Assembly (NCBI GenBank): GCA_030704615.1
Contig: CM060733.1
Coordinates: 53,072,001-53,136,000, forward strand
Length of the DNA stretch: 64,000 bases
Origin: Takakia lepidozioides
Taxonomy: Eukaryota; Plantae; Bryophyta
Reading direction: 5' to 3'
The notes under the pieces: generated by a model
Databases searched by the model: none
The model's input: only the letters and a program-made list of their open reading frames with translations
Told to the model about the DNA's origin: nothing
In this document: positions 35,732 to 48,719 of the stretch, piece by piece
How the letters are laid out: each line of letters starts with the position of its first letter
Numbering within the stretch: position 1 is the stretch's first letter
Made by a program: the position numbers and the translations under genes

Positions 35732-37974
35732 CATCTGGAGACCTCTTGAGAAGGTTCCTGATGGAGATTGGTTATGTCCACACTGCTTGGGATAGTGGTA
35801 GTGGATATGACCAGCAGCTAACAAGACATGGACGACCAAGCTCATCGGAGTCAATACACGAGATCCCAGGCTCAAGTTCACATGTTGCAAGATGACGACT
35901 AACGGGCAACTCTTGCACCCGGCCTCTTGATCTATCGAGTTTGAGTGTAGTAGGGATAGTGGTGGAGGACTTAGGGAGGCTACGGTCACTATCGCATCTT
36001 GTGGCTACCTAGACTTAGAGGGACCTAAACACCAACTAGGGGGGCGATTGTGGTGGATTAGTGACTGCCATAGTGGGCAGCATAGTGGTTGGACTAGTGG
36101 CACTACAAGAAAAAGTAGGGGTTTTCGACGCCGCAGCGTCGTAAAACAGCTCTTTTTAGGGGGGGGGGGGGGGGGGGGGGGGAGAACCAAATTTGCGACG
36201 TTCAGGCGTCGCGAGCCCGTCGCCAAAAAAACGTCGCAAAATTTGCGACCAATGGGGGTCGCAAATATGCGAAACCGTGATTTGCGACGCCGACGCGATT
36301 TGCGACGCCCGGGCGTCGAAAAAAAAAAAACCTACTCTGCAATGCAGAATTAGCACCGTCCGGGGGTCGCAAAGTGCGACGCCCCGGACGTCACAATTTA
36401 AGGGGGTACATTTGAATTTAAAACAACGGCCCTGGAAGAGTATGAACAGTTGTAAGGTGGGAAAATTTGAATTTGAATTTTGAATTTCAAAAATTTGTTG
36501 ACCATTGACTCCGGTTCTGTCTAATGGCAATATGTTCATTGTTCTACATATATCATGCAACGCATACTTGAACCTAAGACCTCCACGTTATAACATTTCT
36601 AAGACACTACAAATTAACCAACACACCTACGCTACATCTATGTATCACAAAAACAATCTAAATATATATATATATATACATATAAAGATTTCCTTCAAGT
36701 TCTTTCAAGTTCCTTCTAAGGGGTCTCTCTTGTGACGCCGGGAGTTGCAACCTCCACAGCCTTAATGCCCAGCCCCAGCCCCAGCCCCAGCCCCAGCATC
36801 GTCGCCGTTGTTGTACCCCCCACCGCCAGGCGTCCTAAGTCCTTGTGTGGACCTAAGCTGACCACAACACCATTGCGACCCCCTGTGGCGATGTCGTTAC
36901 AACCCCCTGACGTCGCAACGTTGGGCGTCCCAGCGCGGGGCGCCCCAGCGACGCTTTTGTGAAGTTGAGGGCCGCAAAGCCAAAAAAAATAAATCCCGAT
37001 GATATTGATACAGGGGAGACGTCAGACAAAGAGTTGGACTCCGACTTTGCCTGTGAGTAAGTTCAACCTGTGAAAAAAACTCCCACTGTGGTGATGCTGT
37101 TGCGACGCCCTGGCGTCATAGAGGTGCTGGGGCGCCCTTAGTGACGCCGAGGCGTCACAACGTTATTTTTATTTTTATTTTTATTTTTCGGATTTCCGAC
37201 GCCGGGGCGTCGCAAGAAAAAAAATCCATCGCAGCGAGGGCCCTCTTTCCCCCTTCATGCCACCTTACGACGGCTGGGCATCGTAATGGTGTCGCAGCGG
37301 GGGATTGCGACGCCGGGCGTCGCAAAAAGCGGCGTGGGCTCGGCGTCGCGGGCTCAGCGCCGCGCGGGGCGGCTGGCGTCACAAAACCCCCCCATTTGCT
37401 GTAGTGAGGTATACTAGTGTGTGGTGTGCACATGTGTTGTGTGGTTTTGGACAACGATGTAGTTGTGTAGCGATATGTATGCACACGACAGCTGTCAAGT
37501 TATTTCACCACTAGTGTGAAACTAGCTAGGAAATAGCTAGCTTTTACATATTGACATTTGGGATTGGCCCAAGTGTCAATCCAGGGATCAAGACATCTAT
37601 TTAGGCCCTGGAGTGATTATCTTCACGGCAAACGCGAGAGGCTCATCTTTCTTGAGTTGAGCCTCACCGCGCCTAGCCATGGCGCCGTAGTATGGATTCC
37701 CCATAGCATGGGGTATACTTGGCTCGACTTAATATATGTGTGATGGTTTTCATGTGCAAGTGTGTGAGTTTGAGAGAGCTTGTGTGCTTGTATTCTTCTC
37801 TTTATCATTGTGATGGACTAGTGACTCCCATAGTGGGCAGCCAGTGATTGACTAGTGGCAACCTAGTAGTTGGACTAGTGGTTGGACTAGTGGTATACTA
37901 GTGTGTGGTATGCACATGTATTGTGTGGTTTTGGACAACGATGTAGTTGTGTAGCGATATGTATGCGCACGACA
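35732..37974 (+). mobile_element. 3' remnant of a family D element: PHD end, 3' UTR, PPT and A-B-A terminus, interrupted by a CACTA element
   Basis: Encodes PLEKVPDGDWLCPHCLG*. PPT-like AGGGGGGCGAT precedes A1 36049-37490 (containing the CACTA insert), B 37493-37807 and A2 37809-37974. Confidence 0.85.
36101..37406. mobile_element. Non-autonomous CACTA element (1306 bp)
   Basis: Begins CACTACAAG and ends CTGTAGTG. 3-bp flanks are TGG and AGG. Dense GCGACGCC / GGCGTCGC subterminal repeats at both ends. The empty site GGACTAGTGGTATACTAG is visible in the sister A repeat at ~37885. Confidence 0.88.
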
Positions 37975-40113
37975 TCATCCATATTTGACAAATTCATCCA
38001 TTATTATTTTTTCTTTGTAGAAATTTGGCGATTTCATCCATGAAAATTTGGGAATTTACGACACACTGGTGCCATATAATCAGATTATTGAGAGCAAATG
38101 CCTTAGAAAATTCAACTCGATACTTGAATTTGGTGGTCAAATCTATGCAATCTTAAAATATATTTACAAATTGGGGCAGATATATATATATATATAGTGA
38201 ACAGGGGGCTAGGCCCGGGATTAGATTTATTGAGTTTATTTCGGGGAAAAAAATTAAAACCCCTGATTACACCATGAGGCACACACACCGTGGTAAGTGG
38301 GAAATGAACCAACCTCCTAAATAGGAGCACAAATAGAGACCTAGGGTTACGAAGCCCTATCCGAATCACCGCCCCTAGGGGGTAGAGAGAAACCTAGGCT
38401 GACTGCCAAGAACCGTAAAGACCACAAGAAGATCGTTTGGAGCAACAGCAGAGAACAAGCTACAGGCCATTAGACTGAAGCTAGTGTATGGAACTTGGGA
38501 ATCCAGCGAAATTTCAATCTAGCAGCTGATTTGATGTGGCGCCAATTGACATCTCTGGCAGATTATTTTGCTATAATCTCCCAGCTGCAATGGTCAAAGT
38601 GACTACATTTTTCACAGGATATGGATGTAGTAGATATGCACATAAGTATAAGGTTCATCCGTATGGATGATTAGGGGTAAAATGTTACACCCTTATCCAT
38701 GATGCTATGCACTATTTTTCAGTGGGCTCACCAAAATGGTGCTCCTCGTTTTAAGGGTTAAGGTCTTCAATGGGTTATCTGCCATATCCCACTGCAGAGA
38801 GGAAATGAGGACTTACAAAACTTTTGGGTTGTATAACCAGTTTACTTAACACAAAACATATTATATTTTACATCCATCGCACATTGCAAGGTTTGAACAC
38901 AAAACCTCACACACCCTATCACACCTTGCTATCACCATATCAACAGCTTGATAGATATTTTTAACCTTTTAATGTTTTATTGTATACATCTGACTGGAGG
39001 CAGGCCCTGGACCCCTCAAACGGTGGACCCTGCAAAGGAATCCTCTATACACCTTAAGACCCATGACTCATTTAAGAGGAAATACATTCTGGAATGTTGG
39101 AGTTGACACATTCACTAAGGCTGGTCTTCTTGTCCAGCTTGTAGCCTTGTGACCGTTAACCCCAACCCCTAGTACTGTGCTCGGACATGGATTATGAGGT
39201 CCTTTGTTACTGTCAACTCCGATGCCACTGCATCCTGTTGAGATAAATCACCATCTTACTGATTGCCACTCAACCCTTATTTATTGTTGAAGACTGGCGA
39301 AACCCGCAAATGTCATTTCATGGGCTTGGCTGTGAGAGGGCTGTGGCAGGGCACAGGGCCAATGGCCACAATGCTATGGCATATGTATAACCTCAAAGCA
39401 TTCTAGTAATGAGTGTTCTACTCATTCTGTTTTGTCTTTTCTTTGTCCCAGAAGCACACTGAGCTTCCCATAGTCTCTTTTTTTTTGGCTCTCTCCCTTG
39501 CAGAGACTTTGCATCATGTTGAAGTCAATGGAGAAAATCTGGTCAACAGTCCTCACACCATGTCAAGACTCTTATTGGTCCGAAAACATGGTGTCTGTTG
39601 TGTTGAGTCATGCCAATTAGGAAGTATTGACATGCTAGAAAATGAGCAATTACAATTTGTGTATAGTAACATTACAATTAGATCTTGTAGTAGCAATTAA
39701 TTAGAACACTAACCACACCTCACTTTTGCCGCAATCGTCAGAGCCTTTTGCAGTTTGCGGCTTGTTCTCTTTCTGCTTGTTCTTATCCAAATACTAAAGG
39801 ATAGAGGATATCTGGAAAACCTGGATTAATTCTTTATATGGAGGTAAGTCTTACTACCAACGTCAGCCCCTGACAGAGGTAGGTTCTGTCCCTTTTGTTC
39901 TAGCTCAAACTGGGCGCGGGGTCAATGGCCACAAGGCTACGGCAAACAACGTCTTATGAGTACAATCTTATCCAAATACTAAATGAATGAATGAATTAAT
40001 GTTCACACATGGCACAAGAAACGAGACTGAAGAGGCAACCTCGTATATAAGATACCCACAAGCACATTCGTCTATGGCTTCAGACATTTGTTCATCTGTA
40101 ATGCCTTTAGAGT

Positions 40114-43100
40114 TCAGGCAGCACAAAGGCTTTCAAAGCCCATGTAGGCCCCTGCTTCCCATTCCAAGTATACCTTAATGCCTCCTTGCAGTCCTGCCAG
40201 TCCGTAGAGAAATCACAAAATCAGCAATTTTTATGTCAAGTTCATGGGCGGATTGCACAAAATTTGTGATCGAGCTTGGCTTCAGATTTCAGTCTGGAAA
40301 TCTGTAGATACTCTGGTTTGGGACACAGGAGGCAGGTTTCCAGCACCAGAGATGACAAGCATCAAAGAGCAACTGGAACATTAAGGTGGTCTAGCAGAGT
40401 CAAACTTATGGCTCATGCCCAAGTTCAAATCCTGCACATCATAAATTTCCCTGGGAAACTCCCTACAGGAAGGTCATGTAAGGAAGTAAAAACCATACGA
40501 GTCCCTCGAGGTCTAACAGTGACCATACCTTTGGCATGCATGTGCCTGTAAAATTTTGAGCTCTTTTAGAAGCAAGTGCTGCTTTTCCAATCCCTCTAGT
40601 GATAGCACAATAGATGTATTTGAGATTATCTTGGTAACAACCAAGCACAACTTAGACTTCTTAAGGTATGGAAGCATGGCAGGGACGCCTTACCTAGTAC
40701 CACTGTACTGAAGGCAACACAACAGGCAAGCGCAAAGATGATAATAGAAGCCTTTCCAGATGCAAGAATGATTTGGCGTATCACTGATTGTCCCGCCACG
40801 GCAGCAATCATAGCCAGAATTATTAAATAGATCGCTGCAATCCAAATAGCCTTCCATCAGTGTTAGCTTTTTCTATTTTGAGATGAGAAGTTTCCAAGAC
40901 TGCTTGAATACAGAGCCTGAATAAGTTAAAAGTTGACACATATCTACTGGAAGGTAGTGTGCGGGACCTTGCAAAGGTGGGAATACTACCAACAGCTTTC
41001 TCACAAGAACGGGCATCAGATTTATGTAGTACTCATAAATCACTGCATATAAAAAATGCAGCATGTATATATCATTTTATACTCATGGCCTAGGAGTGGG
41101 ATGAAGAAGAAAAAGTAACATAGCCAGATATCCTCGGAAGTATGTGTCCAGCAACCATTTGTCAGCTGCTACAAAACATCTATTACTGAAGAAGGGTTGA
41201 GCAATCAACAACACAAACAGGTGAGATATAAAAAGAAGCAGGAAGCATACAATACCAGGATGGAAGGAGTTGAGAAAAGTTCACTGGCAATGTTTGAAGT
41301 GGGGGAAGGGAGAAGAGAAATGAAATGGTTCTTTATAAGAGAGAGAGGGAGTTCTCTGATTTGCTGAGGTATTTTGTGAAAAGGATTTCTGGTGCAGGTC
41401 TAACTTAAGGAAGAAACCAGAAAAGACAGTTCCGAAGGGCAGAGAGTAATTTGAAAGATATGAGTGAGAGGTTACCAAAGTTGGACGGGATACGATCCAT
41501 GAGGTAATACTCCACCACAGACAAAGACGACGAGAAAACCATCACAAACGTGGCTGTAGCAGTCGTGACCTGTAAAACAAACACCATGTCTAAATAGCAC
41601 ACTGCAAGAGAAAACCAAGCAGTTGAATCACAACTTATAGTCCAGCATTTGACGAACTAACAAAAGATGTCTTGTTCCAACTTTTAATAGTTCTGGGTTT
41701 TTGGCTGTGCATTAGGAGGATGTGTGCCAAAGCAAGTTTGAATCTTCACCAGTTAGGAAGGTGGTCAGCTTTCTACCAGGGGAACTTGATTGCCCAATCC
41801 TTGCCCCAGATTCAAACAACAGCGGGTACCAAGTTTAGACAGTGACCCCCCCTTTCTTGCTGACTTATCTGTAATGGGCGACACTCAACATACAAAGATT
41901 GTGTGCATCATGTCCACTCAAATGTTAGGAGAATGTAGAAGCTGTGGTGCTTTTCAGCCCCACAAGCTCCAAACTTCAGCAATTTAAGAGGCATTGCAGC
42001 AAGGCTGGTTACAGAAGAGGTCTGTAGAGCTCCCTAGGAGCATGATGGAGTCCAATATTAGAGTTGGCTGTACCCAATGAAAACCTAGGAGAGGCTTAGC
42101 TTAGTGTACATTCTTCAGAGCAACAAATCTCATACCTCAGGGGGCATGCCAAGCTCTAGGAGCAGAGGTCCAATAACGGCACCGCCACCTACACCAAGAA
42201 GGCCCCCCATGATGCCAGCACCAATGGCTGCAGCCGCATAAATAGCCAGGTTCCAAATCTCCCATTTCTGTGTGGTTGATCTATGTGACGGAGGCTCCTC
42301 TTTTAGAACAGTTTGAACCTCGACCTTTTTACACATTGCTGCTACTTGAAAGCTTGTCACCGTCACAGCAACAGGAATCTGTGCACCAAGAAATTTTTGC
42401 AAGTTAGTGGAATTTTTCTCTCGGACACTACCCGAACATGCATGGCACATACCCAGCCTAATCATACGAATATCAACAATGCTCAAAGGAGCCCTGGGTA
42501 TGGGGAATTACTACTCTGCTACTTTACCAAAAGTCAGTTACTATGAAGTCTGATCAAGCCTCTCTGGACAGAAAGCTTTTACAGCTGCCATTCAACTCAC
42601 ACAGCGAAAATAAACTGCAAGGGGGGAACTGTCTTCTCTGTCAATTGGTACTACAACTTTCCCATCATACTTGTGACACAAAGGCAGCCACCTTTACTTA
42701 CAGATGGCTAAAATTTTCCCAAGGTCAATGCAGTATAAGGTGCAAAATGGCCTGCTATTGAGTATCATAGGTGCGAACCAGAAAAATCCCTACACACCTG
42801 TAAGAAATCGAGCAGCCAGTACCAGAAACTGCAGGTCTGTACATGGATCTGTAGATCATTCCATACGAAGTTCAGCTTTTGGGCTCATAGCAGTGTCATG
42901 CTTAGCAGATCGCCACTGAAATAGCTGTATGAGTTGACAAACTCCTAGTTTATGCAAACAGGCAGGTGTATGTAGAAATCAACATAAACAGGCAGTTGTT
43001 AACCCACCCTACTTCTCACTTTTGCCATTGTTTACAAACGTTTTAACTAACACATTGCCACTAATTAAATCCTCCAGCCTAAAAACAATTGCAACCACAA

Positions 43101-46100
43101 AGAGATATTCAGCTAGTAACTTAAATAGGATGTTTGCAGGGGATGACACGTGGCAGCAACATATAAACTGAAAATGTTCCATGAGAAGCCACACGCTTGG
43201 AGACAGCTCCCAGGTTGTACGCACCCAACTTGCATTGTCAGGGCATTGTCTTACTCTAATCCAAGCAAGCATCACATCATGTGGGGATGACAGCCTGTGA
43301 AAAGACCTTCAGCACACATAGACTCTGGTTTTGGGCCTACAAGTGAGGTCCTGGAAAATGAAGTCATTGAAGACAGGGCTCTCTGAATAAATCCAGTAGA
43401 AGACGTAGTCCCATACAGGTTGGGCCAAAGTGATGAGAAGGTGCAAAGTGCAGTCGGAGAGAGAACCTCCTCAACTCAACCTAGCCCCTACTGTGAAAGA
43501 CACCTGTTCCCAAGGCTTCATACCAGTCTTTTCAGAGAAGGAATGCTCAAGTACAGCCAGGGTACCCCTGTTTGAAGCCAGGTATCTAGTGGTTGAGGTT
43601 TTGTGACATAGAATGGGTTCAGAAGTCATATTTAAACCAATTCGATGCACTGCAGTAGTCTATGGAAGGGTTGACAACATGCAAATCTTACTTGCCTTGA
43701 CAACTTGCAGGATTAGAAACACAAGCCACACAAACAAAAGAAGCCTCATCTCTTTCCAGCGCACATTCCCCCAGATAGTTGATGAGTCCTGCATGTGGCT
43801 TCAACAACTCTTAGGATATCAAGCACCGTGTACTGAACACTCTCTCCCTGAACATGAACATGATCTGCTCTGAAAATATGCACAAAAGGGAGACACAAAG
43901 CTTCAGTATATTTGCAAGAGTAAATTGAGTTAACTAAGGTCCAGCAAAGACTCACAATTTGCTGGCTATCCTCAGAGGGAAGCGGCATATACTCTGGCTC
44001 CACCTGTGTTACATCTACCCAGATTAAACGTATAAGTTGCCTTTAGACACAAGCTGGAAAGCCTTCTTCCCACAGTGATCCCTTTCAGATTGACATGTTC
44101 TTCATTTGGCAACAATCTCTTGGTTCCCAACCAAGGGAAATTCCACACACAAAACCACTTCAAATCAAATTTGCAAGCAAATAAGTTGCTTCCACATGGC
44201 TCTTGAGACCAAAAACCAGATGCAAGGCACATGTGAAGGTAGGGGGCAATGCCCCATTTGGAAGCCCTAATATGCACCTCAAGATGTCGTGGCTGCTTGA
44301 TGTGGTACTGTTTTGGAATGAAGGTTACAGGGAATACCTGCTATGCCAAGACCTGAACTTGAAGTTGGCAGGGTGGGTCGCTGGACCTGTACTCTGGCCA
44401 AAAATCAGAAACTCTTGAGCTGTTTCTCCTCACAGCCAATACTTCAACCTTCCTTTAGAGATATGTTTTGGGCACTCTTTGAGAAAAGCCACCACCATAT
44501 ACATTCCTTCATCTGGTCAAAACATACTGAGCCCTCAAATTACATCCATCACGTGAAAAAGGTGAAGGGAGCTTCACAAAGGTTGCCCTGCATATGCATA
44601 TAGGGGTTTATCTATTCCTGCAGTATTCATATGGAGGGTCTTGAATTAATTCAACTGTGAAATCTAATGACAATTGGTGACACGAGTTCCTTCAGACTAA
44701 GTGGCGAAAACTGACCTTTGCGGATGTTTCTGACTTCCACGCAACAACTGCCTTACAAAAAGTATTCCAGGAAATACCTGGATCCATCCATAGGTTTCTT
44801 ATAAGCGCCATCGTTATCATCTTTAACTACAGAAATGAAGTCCGCCAATGCTACCAAACACTACATGCATAACTTATAGATGATGTGTTTCAGGTGATAG
44901 ATATACAAACTGCAGTTGCAATAAGATTGTACGTTAAACGAAGTACCTGAGAATAGCAAAATGAGAAAAAGTGTGACCATCCAATCCGCAAACATAACAT
45001 TGAAGGCAACCCCAATGCTGATTCCCAGGAGCAACATTGGCTGGAATAGCAATGCAATGTCGTAATCTATAACAGGCTCATCCTTCGTGGGGTGTTTCCG
45101 TTTCAAGTTGAAGCAGATTGTGGAGAATGCCGCCCCCATTATCATTGCTACAAGTTCATTTTGGCACGATTAATCCTCAACTCCAATTGACCTCCTAGAT
45201 AAAGCCACCTACAGAATCATGGACCATGGTACTAGGGACTAACGAAACTAAAGTTTGCATGAGTTTAATTGCATGACTAGGGAAGGAAATAAGCAACTTA
45301 GAACCAAGATCTAGACTCCATTATCTATTATATCACCAGAATAAACTGAACAGAAGTCACCACATGTTCACTTCACTGAGTTGAGAATTATACAACTTGC
45401 CAACCATACACCCATGCTCAGTACTGCAAAGTCTGTGGAACTATGAAGGTCCACATTCTGGAATTCACTCAGGACTCCTCAAGGATTAGAGATTTTTATT
45501 TCTTTGTTTTAAATTACACATTTTGAGATTGGGTCATCCACATGTGTTTTGAGGGCGCAATTGGTTGCAACCGATTGCAGATCCCCAACTCACCTACTGC
45601 ACTAACTTTCCTCCAGAAACTAGGACCACATTCTGTAGGGAGGTGACTAGAACCAGAACTTCGCTACATTGGAAATAATCGGGAACTGACAACCAATAGT
45701 TAGAGTTCACATGCAAGAGTATCAACGTTTGAGCAGAATTGGGGACAAACTTCTAGTTCAGTTGCTCTCACATTTTGAGAGGGCCGTTGCAGTCTTGGCA
45801 TCAAAGCCAATCACCAAAGTCAAGATTGGGACGAAAAATCCTCCGCCCCCAACGCCCCCCACACTCCCTAATGCAGCTCCCAGAAAGCTCAGGATACTAC
45901 CCACCACCATCCTCCAATTGAATTCAAATTTCTGTCTCCCCCAAAAAACCAAACTCAGCCACACGAATTCTGTGATCTTCTCTTAGGTTGAGTAAACAGA
46001 ACAAACTAGATTCTTCGACAACTTTCACGTATATCTGCGTATCAGATATTCACAACAATTTCCTTGATGGTACATCCCCAGACGGGACCCTGCTGAGGGA

Positions 46101-46665
46101 ATAATCTGACTAGTGAGTAATTATACTTCTCAATCTCAGCAGTTTGAGGTAAGGGGTTTCCCAAGATAGGGGCATTGCTGGGAATTTGTCAGCTAAGGTC
46201 TCATGGACACGGGATTCACACGACGATCTTTAAAAAGAAAAGAAAAAGGAAAAGCCCGGCAGCTGTCTGTCTTTCTCTGACTTTTCTGTGGGTGTGGTCA
46301 GTCGGCACAAGTGCAAGGGATACATTTCTCTGTGTGCACGATAGGTGCACAATTACTGCATGAAATGGAGAACACAACTACCAACAGGCGTTTTTGCTCT
46401 TGGTTCACACACAAAGAAAAGGACTTACAGGCCACAGCTTGCGATAAGAAGAGTAGTCTGCAGTTGCCCAAGCACGGTATGCATAGCTGCCGCCGCTTAT
46501 TGAATCCCAGAGCTTGAAAAGTATGAACTGTATGCCCTGCTTCCTTTCATCTGGTCCAGGATGTGAGGCATTGTTCACGACCACTCCATGACAAGCAGGA
46601 GCAGCAGCTACAAGAAGTGCTAAAACACCAAGTAGCAGCGCCACTGCACTCCTGAATCCCCCCAT
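40114..46665 (-). CDS. Sulfite exporter TauE/SafE family membrane protein (multi-exon)
   Basis: Exons encode a signal-peptide-like N-terminus (46665..), GSVGGVGGGGFFVPILTLVIGFDAKTATALSKC, MIMGAAFST..IDYDIALLFQPMLLLGISIGV, NVRWKEMRLLLFVW, TCSFWYWLLDFLQ, GIMGGLLGVGGGAVIGPLLLELGMPPE, TATFVMVFSSSLSVVEYY, SIIIFALA and a final AYMGFESLCAA* (stop 40114-40116). Some middle exon boundaries are uncertain. Confidence 0.9.
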
Positions 46666-46696
46666 GGATTCTTACAGACGGAAAAAGCCGATACGT

Positions 46697-46996
46697 CACT
46701 TCTGATTTGTAGAGTGCGTGGGCAAACTACAGCAAAATAGATGATGGCAGCATCATAAATTCGAGCATTGAGAAGCACCCACCAGGCTTTCACGCTTCAC
46801 TTCTGATTTGTAGAGTGTGTGGGCAAACTACAGCAAAATTGATGATGGCAGCATCATAACTTCGAGCATTGACAAGCACCCACCAGGCTTTCACGGCTTC
46901 ACTTCTGATTTGTAGAGTGTGTGGGCAAACTACAGCAAAATTGATGATGGCAGCATCATAACTTCGAGCATTGACAAGCACCCACCAGGCTTTCAC
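46697..46996. repeat. Tandem repeat, ~3 copies of a 101-102 bp unit, just upstream of the TauE start codon
   Basis: Units start at 46697, 46798 and 46900. Copies 2 and 3 are essentially identical. Confidence 0.92.
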
Positions 46997-47829
46997 CTAC
47001 TGTAATTTGATTCGCCTCTGTCCTATGAAAAGTATGATTAGTTTTAGAAATTGCCTACTCAGCTCTAACATGAAGAATCGGGATGTCCTGTCAGGCATTG
47101 CCGCCTGCCCAAGTAGAGCAACAAGCGCGTGAGCTCTGGGAATTCCTGTGCCACCCAATTTGGGCGCTCCCCTTTTCCAACAGATAATATCTTCCTCAAC
47201 TTTGATCTGATTGACACACAGTGAAACCCAAATTGAAATTTAGTTATAAAATTTCTGAGGCCATTGTCCCTCTTTCTTTAAGAAAAAGTGGAAGCCAAAG
47301 TTGTAGCCCCGACTCAGATCTTTCCAAGCGATGGTCCACATTGGAAGGGGCTGTGGGCCTATGTGGGGCTTCCCCACACTGGAACCCAGAAAGGTGAGAA
47401 ATCATGTTCTCTAGCCCAGGCTTAACATAACAGAAGTACATGAGATGCCATCAAGAGACATGGAGTACATAGGACATGAACCATGTTCCTCATTGCAAGC
47501 CCCCCCCCCATGAGAATCTTGTACTTGGCTCTTCAAGAATCTTGTTATGAGAGTTCACTCCTCATCCGAGAAGATATGACTTCAACCTCAAGTAAGTTAG
47601 GAATTGGAGAGTGTTTGCAGCTGGGGAGGATCGATAGAGTCCAATGCGTTAAGGGAAAACTTTCTAAGTCCCTTGTTCCCTCTAACTGCAAACTGAGCCT
47701 CCATCCCCTTGCAACGGCTTGGATCCCCTATGTGCAATTCAATTGTGAGGCTTCTCATGCTGACTAGGAACCAATCTTCCTGTACTCTTGATTTTACATA
47801 TATCTATAAAATATGCATATGTATAATGT

Positions 47830-47897
47830 GGAAGATAATAGAAATAATGTAAGAACTTAATGCACACGTGCAAACTCTGATAGGATGATGGTACGCC
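47830..47897 (+). repeat. Orphan copy of the MULE-like TIR seen at 6731
   Basis: GGAAGATAATAGAAATAATGTAAGAACTTAATGCACACGTGCAA..GATGGTACGCC matches 6731-6794. Confidence 0.8.
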
Positions 47898-48719
47898 GGT
47901 TTCATATATACATAATATATATGCAATGATATAAATTTTGTTCCTGACATTGGGCATGCACGGCTAAATCCTACTATCCTGGGAGTATGCCAACTTCCCA
48001 TTCTCTTGGACAACTGCTTGATCCAGAATATGTGCAAGATACATAGACATCCTAAAGGAAGTACTCTCTAATGGATACATCTCTCTCAATCGTTGCATCA
48101 CTTTGGAACATACAATCAGAGGAACACCTATATTTGAGTAAAGCTTGTGGCACTTTCTTGAGAAAGTCAAGAGATCTCACAATTGCAGACCAAAAGTACA
48201 TGCAAGGACACACAAAAAGGAGAAGGAAAGAATGTAGCTTCTGTTTTCCACAAGAAGCCCGTAGAGATTATGCAAGAAATGAATGCAAACAAAGGAACAA
48301 CATGAAAGAGAAGAAAAAATATCATACTGGACAAGGTTTATAGCTTGGACCTTGCAGTTAAGAAAGACAGAACAGACACACCTTGTAGACAGGAGGATTC
48401 CCAGCAGGAGAAACAAGACCAAAATGTTTGTCACCAGGCAGAAAATAGTTGCAAAAGTATCTCAAATGCCGCAACAATGAGTTTACACGCCAATGGAGTG
48501 GGCATGGACCATATCATGCGAATCCCTATAAACTTATAGTCTTTGAGGTACTTAAAGATTCTTTCGATCCATCCAAGGGTCTCTTTGTTGCAACAACAAG
48601 AATTTGTGTTTCAGAGAGCATTGACTGAGCATCATCGCATGTCTGCAGCCACCCAACGTAGTGGTTGGGGACAAGATGAAGGCATAACCAGTACCCAAAA
48701 CTGTAACTATTATGAATGT

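Noticed and set aside
36159-36182. Long poly-G run as a functional G-quadruplex
   Set aside because: It is a homopolymer inside a CACTA subterminal region, its length is unreliable, and there is no evidence of function.
39340-39990. Short dispersed similarities to 7355-7510 and small local duplications
   Set aside because: Fragmentary, with no definable termini; probably old repeat debris.
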